A stretch of 64,000 nt of DNA from an uncultured Methanosarcinales archaeon. Lineage in GTDB: Archaea; Nanobdellota; Nanobdellia; Woesearchaeales; GW2011-AR9. The notes below the pieces were generated by a model, which saw only the letters and a list, made by a program, of their open reading frames with translations, had not been told where the DNA came from and ran no database searches. The DNA lies in assembly GCA_964344235.1 (NCBI GenBank), contig CAYFMJ010000002.1, forward strand, positions 64,001 to 128,000. Direction: 5' to 3'. Shown one piece after another: positions 9,501-18,241 of this stretch (the first letter of the stretch is position 1; every line of letters begins with the position of its first letter). Position numbers and translations under genes: made by a program.

Positions 9501-10059
9501 AGTAAGTTTCTCCGTGGATGAAGATGCTTACGGACTCTGGGTTAAAATTGATAAAGAGGAGAGTTTCCCAAGCACTGTCCCCGCGTTTAGTGGCGAGGTC
9601 TATAGGAAACTAGAGATTACTAAGAATTCAGGAACAAAAGTTGATTTACAGGATATCGTTGTTGAGTTTAAAGTGGCTGAAGAATGGTTGAGTAGTAAGG
9701 GTTTCGGTAATGGTGATGTCGCTTTATTCCGCCATGTTGACGGAGAGTGGGTTGAACTCGAAACAGAACAGACGGGGGAGAAAGATGGTTACGTGCATTA
9801 CGCTTCGTCAACTCCAGGATTTAGTTACTTTGTCATTGGTGAGAAAACGAGTGCAGCAGTTGCTGATACCCCCGAAACTAGTGATAGTGCTGCGGAGCAA
9901 CCTGACAAGGATTCTGAGGAGGTAGAAGGTGTCCAGGAAGGCTTGGCTGATGCTTTGGCTTCAACAAGTGGCGGAGCTCCTAATTGGGTATGGATAGTTG
10001 TTGCAGTTATTGTTGTAGCAGGTATCATAATCTGGTTCTTTAATAACCGGAAGAAGTAA
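6553..10059 (+). CDS. Large surface glycoprotein: right-handed beta-helix (NosD/PbH1) repeats, Ig domains, PGF-pre-PGF domain, TM anchor
   Basis: Repeated 'NNxIxxNxI' beta-helix pattern; same C-terminal domain as 4415..6469. Confidence 0.82.
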   Translation: MKKVLILVFLLAVLAAFAMLVGAAEIGTCQTISSSGVYTLNTSINYTSGNCFNVTTSHVLLEGGNSTVISGGGTGTGINVTGATNITIRNFAGLNNWTEAVNFTDVNDSFIFNVTIDSDNASAATGFFLVDSFNNLINYSTVWASNNSVVLLRANSTNLTHNFFNTTLFDGVVVGLTDTSLTLIYNNTVDAANGTSSSGIGIVNGGFNNVTLNNVTTRGTQSSGVALQTSTDNVVDSNTVITDGDTLGAIYLLTGASRNNISSNTILTASESTFAVWLVGASDFNRIEGNNIDAADAGFKVDNALHSVIQNNVMNTSKTTAGANAVDIDESNSTTLYGNSMYVSDNVTDTSNGVLVRVSSGGNNISSNLIMLWGTEGTGIIVTSASNNTVELNNVTTFGNDSNVLSVTSSASNNYFFSNILNTSGNDTYAIYIAASDNNFTGNTVEASGNNSWGITLDSGSSPSLLLNNVVDTVNDTGHGIYFNSNTNNVTNNTVKTTGQGSHGMYLSHYNTIVSNTVKTTGGASPYPIVSSGGDGNIIERNTAVAEQTRGIYLTGGANDNNISYNFVDTNTSAALTAEASHNNTFISNHANSGDDYGLQISSSAGNNTFLNNNLSGSYGLFDGVDDNNTLLYNNTYGYMNWSKSNLTARLNLSIGTTIILQQNLVGLESHTEDNESINASAAIEIRNLTYSGLPILLRDGVRCDNETNRLQCNITYDSSTGVLDANVTSFSNYSTQEVSVLVSFNTPPADEALSDLNTSIVINVTVANETGVADIDAVLFQLSNGSSADFNITASNTNGTEWNATLTLASLEDGSHNITVFANDTRGNINRTEIRTISYDSAAPTISAISASEVTSSSAKISVTSSEAATCKLDTEDVGYGNMGTEMTGSGTATHTKSVSSLSSSTTYVYYVRCQDIYNHAATSSSSVSFTTASSGGGGSGGSSGGSSSGSAGEFEKKTWTSIFAGETATVEVDNGAIGVTEVSFSVDEDAYGLWVKIDKEESFPSTVPAFSGEVYRKLEITKNSGTKVDLQDIVVEFKVAEEWLSSKGFGNGDVALFRHVDGEWVELETEQTGEKDGYVHYASSTPGFSYFVIGEKTSAAVADTPETSDSAAEQPDKDSEEVEGVQEGLADALASTSGGAPNWVWIVVAVIVVAGIIIWFFNNRKK
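9443..9833. repeat. 391-bp perfect direct repeat, copy 2
   Basis: Identical to 5853-6243. Confidence 0.92.
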
Positions 10060-10091
10060 ATTAAACTCAATTTATTATTCTTTTAATTTCT

Positions 10092-11630
10092 TTAAAATTT
10101 TTGAATGCTTAGCTGACCAGTGCGTTTTGTTGGCTTGATCCGTTTTACTTCTTCACCAACTTGTTTCTTGAGGTTTATGGCGACTGCTTTCCCAACGATT
10201 TGGGTGAGGCTGGTTATATCTGTCTTCTTTATGTCACCGACGTTTTTGATGTTTTGTGTGAATAGTTTTCTAGCTCGTACGCGGCCAATGCCTTTAAACT
10301 TTAATAGGGCAAGAAGTTCTTCCCTAACGCCGTGCTTGACTCGTGTTCGTAGTTTATGGAGTTCTCTGGTTAATTCGTTTTTGTTCATTATTTTGGAAAG
10401 TTCTTCACATGCATATAACAGCCAGTCAGCGTTTTCTATTTTGTATCGAATCTCTCCTGGCCGGATGTTGAATTTCTCAAGTAGAAAGTCCTCATTTTTC
10501 TCGCTGATCCATGCTTCGAAGAACAGGGTGGTTTTAATAGAATTGATGAAATCAGGATAGTCAATATCAAACGAGGATGGTTCTTCCATGAGGAGGAGAT
10601 CGTATTGTTTTGTGAGTTCTTCTTCAATGTATTCTTGTTCCTTTGCTTTCGTTCTGAGAAGAGGACGCATCTCTAGCGTGTAGGAAATCATCTGTAGGAG
10701 TGAGAAAGAAGTGTGGTTTTGGTTGAAATTTTGTAAGCATTGCAGAAGATGGTTTGCGGTAAGCGGATCGAGGTAGAGCTCAGAGATTCTTTTTCCCAAC
10801 GGTGTGGCACGCATGGTTTTTTGTGTTTCTTTTGGTTTATGAATTTCTGTTGCGGGCGTAAAGTCATCTTCTGTGCTTTTGCCGTGAATGGTGATGAATT
10901 CCCATTCATCTAAGAAAGAAAGCATCTTTTGCATAATGGATTCGAGTTTGTCCATGTCTTTGAACTGATGTGCCCAAAAGGTTTTGGCAAAAAATTCTTT
11001 CATTGATGTTTCATTACGAATAATACCTGAAGAAATGAGCGAGAGAAGATATGTTCTTAACACTGGTTCTACAGCGAGTTTTGAGTAAATGTCTTCTGGG
11101 TCTCCACAGATGTAGCGTTCGTGGATTTCATCTCGCTCAGCGTCACTTTTCGCAACGACAATTGATTCGCCAAACGCTTCATACTCCGGCCGGCCAGCTC
11201 TCCCTGCCATTTGAAGATATTCTAATACCGGAATCCAATCCATACCCCATCTGCCAGAGTAGCGTTTAAGTGATTTGATAATAACACGGAACACTGGTAG
11301 TGAGAGGCCAGCTGCCAATGTTGGTGTGGCACAGATGATTTTGACATGTCCTGTTTTGAATTGTTCTTCAATGAGCTCTTTTTGTTTTTGTAATAATCCT
11401 GCATGGTGAAAAGCGATACCTTTACGAATTGAGTGCGAGAGACGACGGCATTGTTTTGTTGGAGTAGAGGCTGCTTTAAGAATTTCTTGCTCAAGTTCTG
11501 GGAGCTGCATGGTGGTGAGTTTTGCAATTTCTTCGGCTGTTTTTTCAGCACTAGCTCTGCTCGGAGTGAAGATGATCGCTTGTTTGCTTTTCTCAATTGT
11601 TTGTACAGCAAGCTTGAGAATGGGGTCCAT
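10092..11630 (-). CDS. Hel308/Ski2-like SF2 helicase, C-terminal part only (RecA2, winged-helix, ratchet and HhH domains; no motifs I-III)
   Basis: IIFTPSR (IV), GIAFHHAGL, ATPTLAAGLSLP (V), QMAGRAGRP (VI) and KGIGRVRARKL (HhH) are present. There is no GKT or DExH motif. Confidence 0.85.
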   Translation of the reverse strand: MDPILKLAVQTIEKSKQAIIFTPSRASAEKTAEEIAKLTTMQLPELEQEILKAASTPTKQCRRLSHSIRKGIAFHHAGLLQKQKELIEEQFKTGHVKIICATPTLAAGLSLPVFRVIIKSLKRYSGRWGMDWIPVLEYLQMAGRAGRPEYEAFGESIVVAKSDAERDEIHERYICGDPEDIYSKLAVEPVLRTYLLSLISSGIIRNETSMKEFFAKTFWAHQFKDMDKLESIMQKMLSFLDEWEFITIHGKSTEDDFTPATEIHKPKETQKTMRATPLGKRISELYLDPLTANHLLQCLQNFNQNHTSFSLLQMISYTLEMRPLLRTKAKEQEYIEEELTKQYDLLLMEEPSSFDIDYPDFINSIKTTLFFEAWISEKNEDFLLEKFNIRPGEIRYKIENADWLLYACEELSKIMNKNELTRELHKLRTRVKHGVREELLALLKFKGIGRVRARKLFTQNIKNVGDIKKTDITSLTQIVGKAVAINLKKQVGEEVKRIKPTKRTGQLSIQKF

Positions 11631-11689
11631 GGTAGTTCGGAGAATGAAGGTTTTATTAAAGTTTGGATAGAAAATTTTGGTAGTATGGA

Positions 11690-14014
11690 TTAGCGCGTAA
11701 TCACATAGATATTGAACATATCATTCTCTATTTGTGGGGCCGGAGGAATGTATTCTTCTGGTGTTACTGTAACGTGCCATTCTTTAACGATTGTATCTCT
11801 GCCATCGCTGACTGAGAGGCGAACTTTCTTCTTACCGGGTGTTGTAAATGTTCGTTCAACAGTGTCTGTGCCTTTTACCCTTCCTTCACGCGCACTGAAA
11901 GTCCACGTGTATTTGAGTGGATCGTTGTCGGGGTCTTTAGCAGTTGCATGGAAGATTGTTGGCTCATTTTGCTTTACCGTAATTTCTGTTTGGGGTAAAT
12001 AATCGAGGATTGTTGGCGGCTGGTTAGTATTTTTAATCGTGACTTTTACAGGATAATTTACTGTTGTTGTTCCATCAGAGGCAACGAAACTTAACCAGAC
12101 AACCGCTTTCTCTTTACTTAGTTTTCTGTTGAGATAGGATGAAGAACTAATGAAATTGTGCCAGGCGCTATCTGTTTTTCCAATAGCGCTATTGAATTGA
12201 GGTACCCATGTAAATGTGCCATCAACAAATGAAGCACCGGGTGGGATGTTCTCTAAGACAATGTTGAGGTTATCGTTATCTGGGTCGGTTGCAGTTACGT
12301 CTATTGAAAATTCTTGCCCTTCATTTACTGTGATTGTATCGTCTTTTATTTTTATTGAGGGCTCTCTATTTTTTTGGTGGACTGTTAATGTTATTGTTGA
12401 GCTGTCTGAAAATTCTCCATCAGACGCTGTTACATTTACCTGATACACTCCTGCAGCCTCGTAGTGAGTTTCCCACTTGCCTGTTTTCTTGTGTACTGGA
12501 TCTGAGAATGTATAACGGATGAAATCACCATCGGGATCCACTGCAGTTGGTTGGATGGATACGGTTTCTGTTTCCGTTACGTTGATTGGGGATGTTGATT
12601 GCAGAATTGGTGGGCGATTAGTGTTGTGAACAATAACATTTACGGTGCCAACGGAGCATAATGATTTATCGCACACTTCAACGTGAAGTGGTACGGTTTT
12701 CTTTTTCAGTAAGAATTTTTCTAACCCAAATGCGCTGAGGAATGTTGTAAAAGCGTTGTCTTTTCGTTGAATTGTAGTGTAATCGGGTTTCCAAGTAAAT
12801 GTTTTCTTTTTTTGGTTCAATTTTGCGTTAAGTGGCGTGTTGGTGATAGAAATTTCAATGTCTTCTTCGTCTGGGTCGTAGGTTTCGATTATCCAGGAAA
12901 GTTCTTCGTTTTCATATGCACTAAGTAAGGATGGTAAAATTAATGTTGGGGCTCTGTTCACGTTAAGTACAGTGATTGGAATAGTGATGGTGTCTGTAAA
13001 CTCTCCATCAGATGCAGTTACTATGACCGTGTACTCGCCTGCATCTTCGTAGTTGGTCTGCCATTCACCATCTTCGTTTAGCAGGTCTTTGTATGTATAG
13101 GTTAGCGCGTCTCCATCAATGTCAGTTGCTGGAAGATTAAGTGTAACTTTCTCATTTTCGTGTACAATAATTGGAACATGGGAGACTTCTGGTTTGCGGT
13201 TTTCATTTTCAATTGTGATTACCCATTCTCTAGTCTCAGTATTTATGCCATCACCTACGACAAGTTTCAATGTGTACTCCCCGGCACTACTGTGGTCAAA
13301 GTAATGAGCGCCACTTAGTTTTGTTGTTATTTCTTTTTCGTTTAATAACCAAGAATATGTAATTGGGTCGTCGTCGTTGTCCTGTGCTTGTACTGAAAAT
13401 TCAACCGTGCTATCTTCAACGAAGGATAATGCTGTTTTAGTAGAGAACATTTGGGTTATCGTTGGGGGTTGATTTTTATCAAGAACTTTTATTTCAACCT
13501 GAAACCTCTCATTGAACTCGCCGTCGTTTGCATGAAATACAACTGTTTGTGAACCGGCGTCATTGTATCCTGGTTGCCATTCCCCCTCTTTATTAAACGG
13601 CGGTGTGAAAGAATAAATAAGGGCGTCATCATCAGGATCTTGTACTAATTCTTTAAGATTGATTGTTTCTTTTTCTTGTGCAGAGAGTTTGTTTTTGACT
13701 AAAAATGGTGGCTGGTTGGTATTCTTTACAATGATTGTGACGTCTTCTGTTGTCTCTGATGTGCTGTCAGAGGCAGTAATGGTTACGTCATACGTTCCAG
13801 CGTCATCATAGTCTGTTTGCCATTCGCCCTCAGCGTCGAGGGGTGGTGTGTATGTGAATGTAATCTTGTCGTTGTCCACATCCACAGCTTCCGGCTTGAT
13901 CTTGACAAAGTCACCTTCAGAAACTTCAAATGTTCTTGTGGCAGCAAATACTGTTTGAACAATAATGAGGATAGAAATGAGTGCGAGAATAATGGTTATG
14001 GTCTTTCTATTCAT
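11690..14014 (-). CDS. Secreted protein with tandem cadherin/Ig-like repeats and a C-terminal PKD-like domain
   Basis: Signal peptide; repeated N-x-x-P boundaries, DxDxD motifs and GEWQTxYxDAGxYxVTITASDG. Confidence 0.78.
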   Translation of the reverse strand: MNRKTITIILALISILIIVQTVFAATRTFEVSEGDFVKIKPEAVDVDNDKITFTYTPPLDAEGEWQTDYDDAGTYDVTITASDSTSETTEDVTIIVKNTNQPPFLVKNKLSAQEKETINLKELVQDPDDDALIYSFTPPFNKEGEWQPGYNDAGSQTVVFHANDGEFNERFQVEIKVLDKNQPPTITQMFSTKTALSFVEDSTVEFSVQAQDNDDDPITYSWLLNEKEITTKLSGAHYFDHSSAGEYTLKLVVGDGINTETREWVITIENENRKPEVSHVPIIVHENEKVTLNLPATDIDGDALTYTYKDLLNEDGEWQTNYEDAGEYTVIVTASDGEFTDTITIPITVLNVNRAPTLILPSLLSAYENEELSWIIETYDPDEEDIEISITNTPLNAKLNQKKKTFTWKPDYTTIQRKDNAFTTFLSAFGLEKFLLKKKTVPLHVEVCDKSLCSVGTVNVIVHNTNRPPILQSTSPINVTETETVSIQPTAVDPDGDFIRYTFSDPVHKKTGKWETHYEAAGVYQVNVTASDGEFSDSSTITLTVHQKNREPSIKIKDDTITVNEGQEFSIDVTATDPDNDNLNIVLENIPPGASFVDGTFTWVPQFNSAIGKTDSAWHNFISSSSYLNRKLSKEKAVVWLSFVASDGTTTVNYPVKVTIKNTNQPPTILDYLPQTEITVKQNEPTIFHATAKDPDNDPLKYTWTFSAREGRVKGTDTVERTFTTPGKKKVRLSVSDGRDTIVKEWHVTVTPEEYIPPAPQIENDMFNIYVITR

Positions 14015-14063
14015 TGTAATTCCTCATGTAGTTTTGTTGGTGTTATTTGAAAAAGAAAAAAAT

Positions 14064-15044
14064 TTATTGTAGAGAAACGCTTACAATTTCTGGTGGCATG
14101 TTTACATCGCTTACTGTAAGCTTAACATGCTTTGTAACGGTGTCTTTACCATCGTCTGCTGTTACAGTTATGGTATATTCTCCGTGGTCGGTGAAACCCG
14201 TTTCCCAAACACCATCATCACCAACTGGTTGACTGATTGTTAACGATACGTCATCGCCATCCAAGTCAGAGATTGTTGGTTTAATTGTGATAGTTTCCCC
14301 TTCCTGAACACTGATTGTTGATTCGATGTTTTCCAGAACAGGAAGTTCATTCACATCATTGATTGTTAAAGTGAATGTTTCCTCAGAGCTGAGTTCACCA
14401 TCGTCTGCAGTGACTGTGATACTATACTCTCCGGCACTGGTGTGGTCAGTGGCAAAGGTCCCACTTTTTAATGGTTCAGAGATAGAGACTGTTACAGCGT
14501 CGTTGTTTGGATCATTAACTGTTGGTTCGAAGTTGATTACTTCCCCTTCTTGTACCGAGAGATCTCTAATTCCTGTTAATACCGGTGGAACGTTTACTCG
14601 CTCTACGATAATGCGGATTTGTTTCGTTGTTGTTAATTGTCCGTCAGTAGCGGTGAGAGTAACCATGTACTCCCCTGCATCGCCATAGTGGGTTTGCCAT
14701 TCCCCTCGGTCGTTTACTGGAGGGGTGAAAGTATATGTTACCGGATCTTGGTCGGGGTCAGTTACATCAACATTTAATCTAACTAAACTATTTTCTTTTA
14801 CAAAAATTTCTTGCGCCTCTGTTGATTGTGTTTCTTCTAGTTCTGGTAGGATCACATCTTCTTCAACAACAAGGTCTTCCTCTTCTTGCTCCTCTAAACC
14901 TAATTCCGCTTCAATTTGCGCAATCTCATCAATGAGATCAGTATTTTCTGTTTCCTGCGGAACATCGTATGCTTTGTAGTCAAGACACCCCACTAGAAAT
15001 ATGAACATTAATATTACAGAGATAGTAATCACACTTTTTTTCAT
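14064..15044 (-). CDS. Lipoprotein with three cadherin/Ig-like repeats (paralogous to the neighbouring gene)
   Basis: Lipobox FLVGC, acidic linker, same repeat motif as 11690..14014. Confidence 0.78.
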   Translation of the reverse strand: MKKSVITISVILMFIFLVGCLDYKAYDVPQETENTDLIDEIAQIEAELGLEEQEEEDLVVEEDVILPELEETQSTEAQEIFVKENSLVRLNVDVTDPDQDPVTYTFTPPVNDRGEWQTHYGDAGEYMVTLTATDGQLTTTKQIRIIVERVNVPPVLTGIRDLSVQEGEVINFEPTVNDPNNDAVTVSISEPLKSGTFATDHTSAGEYSITVTADDGELSSEETFTLTINDVNELPVLENIESTISVQEGETITIKPTISDLDGDDVSLTISQPVGDDGVWETGFTDHGEYTITVTADDGKDTVTKHVKLTVSDVNMPPEIVSVSLQ

Positions 15045-15192
15045 TCAAATACACCCCACTATTACCTATTTGTAAGTATTCTCGAATGACAACTCGTATT
15101 TAAAGATTTAGTGGGGAGAGAATATATAGTGTAGTGGTTGAGTGTGGCTCCACGATTTGTTGGGGAATATAGCGGGAAACTTTAGAAAAGTA

Positions 15193-15320
15193 TGGCCCCG
15201 CCGTGATTTGAACACGGGACCTTTATCGGAATCAATTGATTCTCACGATAGCTGACTTAAGTTGATATCAGTGTCGCATCCTTGCGGATCGTGCGCTCTA
15301 CCAAGCTAAGCCACGGGGCC
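15193..15320 (-). tRNA. tRNA-Ile(GAU) with three introns (30/31: 15273-15289; 37/38: 15250-15265; 43/44: 15223-15243)
   Basis: Spliced product GGCCCCG-TG-GCTT...GAGC-G-CACGA-CTGATAA-TCGTG-AGGTC-CCGTG-TTCAAAT-CACGG-CGGGGCC-A. Each intron has a perfect 4-bp central BHB helix. Confidence 0.93.
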
Positions 15321-15354
15321 GTGACTTCGAAGAATTGAGGCCTATTTTTAAACG

Positions 15355-16011
15355 TTACGCTGTTCTTAGTTGCTCTAGTGTGTCAGTGAGCCTCGCTGCA
15401 ATCTCGTCAAAATATGCTGTTGTTGCTTCTTGATTGGCATCAACATGAACAACTGGGCAGGGAGGATCGCTGATAAACCGTTCGTAGTGTGATCGTAATG
15501 CGTCTAAGTACTCTGGCTTGATACTATTTTCTCCTGTTCTGCCTCTTTGTCCGATTCTTTCAAGAAGAGTATCCGTTGTAGCATCTAAGTATACGAGAAT
15601 ATCGGGTGAAGGAATTTTTGGTTTAAATGTGTTGTAAACTGTTTGATATAATGCAAATTCATCTTCACTCATTCGCTCCAAATCTCTTTGAGTTGCGGCG
15701 AAAATATAGTCTCCTGCCATAACTCTGTCAATGATGGCGATCCCCCTTTTTCCTGCCAATACTCTTTCTCGTTCAAAATGTGATGTTAGGAACCAGATTT
15801 GCAATTTAAAAGCATGATCTTTTGGATTCTCGTAGAAGTTTCTTAATAATTTTTCATGAACATCCTCTGGAGAACCATAAACCCCACTGCCGTTTCTATA
15901 CCCCGCAGCTGCAAGAAGTCGTGCGTCGTACGGTGCTTCAGTTAATTTCTGCACGAGAGTTGACTTACCTGCACCCATAATTCCAACAACACCTATCCTC
16001 ACGTTTTTCAT
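15355..16011 (-). CDS. Deoxynucleoside kinase (dNK/dAK-dGK family)
   Basis: GIMGAGKST P-loop, IIDRVMAGDYIF, PDILVYLD, RIGQRGRTGE lid, YLDALRSHYE. Confidence 0.9.
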   Translation of the reverse strand: MKNVRIGVVGIMGAGKSTLVQKLTEAPYDARLLAAAGYRNGSGVYGSPEDVHEKLLRNFYENPKDHAFKLQIWFLTSHFERERVLAGKRGIAIIDRVMAGDYIFAATQRDLERMSEDEFALYQTVYNTFKPKIPSPDILVYLDATTDTLLERIGQRGRTGENSIKPEYLDALRSHYERFISDPPCPVVHVDANQEATTAYFDEIAARLTDTLEQLRTA

Positions 16012-16091
16012 ATTTTTTGGAATTACTGGTTTCTTAAAAAGTATTTGGTTATGTAGAATATTTTATAAAACACTTCTCTAAAATAACTGTT

Positions 16092-17546
16092 ATGCACTAT
16101 ACTATCTTAGATTGTTACACGGATGAAGCATCGGGGTTAGGTGTACCTCCATATCTTGGAACATATCCTCGTTATATTTTTGGGCAATTGCGAGAGGAAG
16201 GACATTCTGTCACGTACTTAACGATTGATGATTTGCGTCTGTGGAAAAGGTATGGTGGTGTAAAGAAAGAACCCAACGAGAAGCAGAAGACGAATATTTT
16301 AGTGTATAACCTAACTAAAAATAATGCAGAAGAGGTGTTGCGAAAGACTGATAGGTTGATTATTGTCTTGGGCGTTCATGTCCCTGGAAAATATTTAACT
16401 GCATTACCTGGAACATTGAAAGAAGTTGTGCCTTTAGTCAAAGGGTTCAAAAATGAAATTATTTTGACGGGTCCAGCAGTATTTGGAACACAATTGGAGG
16501 GGGGCAAGTTCTTTGAGAAAGTGAAACACGATTTTGAGATAAAAGATTATTCTATGAGTTTTGAGAAGCTAGAGAAGAACGCATTAGCTGGTGTAGAGAT
16601 TATTGAACAGATTCCAGATAGAAGAGTCATTGAAATCGAAACAGGTAGGGGATGTGCTGTTGGGAAGTGTAGTTTCTGTACGGAACCGTTGAAGAGTAAT
16701 TTTGCTAATAGAAAAATGGAAGATGTGGTTAAAGAGGTAGTTGCATTTTACAAGAAAGGGGCTCGTTATTTTCGATTAGGAAAACAAGCAGATTTCTATG
16801 CTTCTGATCGGCCGATTGAGATGTTGAAACAGATTCGGAAAAAATGTCCCCAAATAGAAGTGTTGCATATTGATAATGTCAATCCCAATTCTGTGGTGAA
16901 GAAAGGAGGAGAAGAAATAACAAAAGCGATTGTGAAATATTGCACCTCTGGAAATATCGCAGCGTTTGGAGTTGAATCGTTTGATAAAGATGTTGTGAAA
17001 GGAAATTTATTGAACACAGCGCCATTAGTAGCGATGAAAGCAATCCGGTTGATCAATAAATATGGCGCGGTAAGGGGAGAAAATGGTATGCATGCGTTTT
17101 TGCCAGGGATCAATATTATTTTTGGGTTGTTGCAGGAAACAAAGCAAACGCATGTAAAGAACATGGAGGCATTGCAAGCAGTGATGGATGAAGAGTTGTT
17201 GCTACGGCGAATTAATATTCGACAGGTAGCAGTGTTACCTGATACGTTTTTAGAGAAGCATGGAGGAAATAAGTATTTACGGAAGAATAAACATCTATAC
17301 TGGAAATGGCGGAATGATATCCGTCAGAAGATTGATTTTGAGATGTTGAAACGGTTAGTTCCAGTGGGAACGGTGTTAACAGATGTATTTACAGAGATGT
17401 ATGATGGGAAAACAACGTTTTGTAGGCAGATGGGAACGTATCCCTTAGTGATTGGAGTGAAAGGAAGATTGCCGCTAGAGGAGAGAATTTCTGTTAAAGT
17501 TGTTGGGCATATGTTACGGAGTATTGTAGCAGAAGTTGTGGAGTAA
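16092..17546 (+). CDS. Radical SAM protein (archaeal uncharacterised family, MiaB-like core, C-terminal TRAM-like region)
   Basis: EIETGRGCAVGKCSFC (Cx4Cx2C variant), FGVESFD, INIIFGL. Confidence 0.8.
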   Translation: MHYTILDCYTDEASGLGVPPYLGTYPRYIFGQLREEGHSVTYLTIDDLRLWKRYGGVKKEPNEKQKTNILVYNLTKNNAEEVLRKTDRLIIVLGVHVPGKYLTALPGTLKEVVPLVKGFKNEIILTGPAVFGTQLEGGKFFEKVKHDFEIKDYSMSFEKLEKNALAGVEIIEQIPDRRVIEIETGRGCAVGKCSFCTEPLKSNFANRKMEDVVKEVVAFYKKGARYFRLGKQADFYASDRPIEMLKQIRKKCPQIEVLHIDNVNPNSVVKKGGEEITKAIVKYCTSGNIAAFGVESFDKDVVKGNLLNTAPLVAMKAIRLINKYGAVRGENGMHAFLPGINIIFGLLQETKQTHVKNMEALQAVMDEELLLRRINIRQVAVLPDTFLEKHGGNKYLRKNKHLYWKWRNDIRQKIDFEMLKRLVPVGTVLTDVFTEMYDGKTTFCRQMGTYPLVIGVKGRLPLEERISVKVVGHMLRSIVAEVVE

Positions 17547-17607
17547 AAGAAACTAGATACGTGTGTTTTCAAGAAATTTTTAAAAAAAGCTTATTTTTAG
17601 ATTAACT

Positions 17608-18069
17608 ATGAGGCTTCATATCTTAAGTGCTAGGGAAGCCAAGGGATTTGTGCCGGAAGACCCAACACTGGTGATTCGATGTCGATCCCCTGGTGAACGT
17701 GAGATTTATCCATTACGAGACTCTGACCTATTCAAAGTTAGGGTGTACTACTTTGCTGATATTGATATAACTTTCGGTGGTAGAGCTGATGCAGACAACG
17801 TCTTCAATGATGAAATAGCACGGGAATTACTTCGTAATTTCTATGAGGATCGTACGCTTCCCCATAAATCTGGTGATCATTATGGGGCCCTTCTTGTGCA
17901 TTGTCGAGAGGGATTTCATAGGAGTCCAGCTGTGGCTATTGCATTAAATACTTGCTTTGATCTTGGTTATAATTTTAGGAGTTTGATGAGAGAATATCCC
18001 CAATATAATAGGCATGTGTACGAAACCCTTCTAAGATGTTTTCAAGGGGGGGGGTTGGTGAATGATTGA
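17608..18069 (+). CDS. Cys-based protein-tyrosine/dual-specificity phosphatase-like protein
   Basis: LLVHCREGFHRSPAVA matches the HCx5R signature. Confidence 0.8.
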   Translation: MRLHILSAREAKGFVPEDPTLVIRCRSPGEREIYPLRDSDLFKVRVYYFADIDITFGGRADADNVFNDEIARELLRNFYEDRTLPHKSGDHYGALLVHCREGFHRSPAVAIALNTCFDLGYNFRSLMREYPQYNRHVYETLLRCFQGGGLVND

Positions 18070-18122
18070 AATGCCAAGATATCGTCAAAGAATTTAAAAA
18101 AGCCGTTCATTTTGAGTACTCT

Positions 18123-18239
18123 ATGGTGGATTATAACATTGTGAAGTATTGTCGCTTGTGTAAAGCTCGATTTGTTGTTAATAAGAAAGAATCGCGGAAG
18201 AGCTGTTGTATGGGTTGTTTAGCGAAGAGTGGGAAGTGA
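18123..18239 (+). CDS. 38-aa zinc-finger microprotein
   Basis: Manual translation MVDYNIVKYCRLCKARFVVNKKESRKSCCMGCLAKSGK (two CxxC); TTTAAAAA box about 25 nt upstream; below the ORF-track cutoff. Confidence 0.65.
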   Translation: MVDYNIVKYCRLCKARFVVNKKESRKSCCMGCLAKSGK

Positions 18240-18241
18240 GG

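Noticed and set aside
5853-9833. Diversity-generating retroelement TR/VR pair
   Set aside because: The copies are identical with no adenine-specific mismatches, both are in coding frame, and no reverse transcriptase is in the window.
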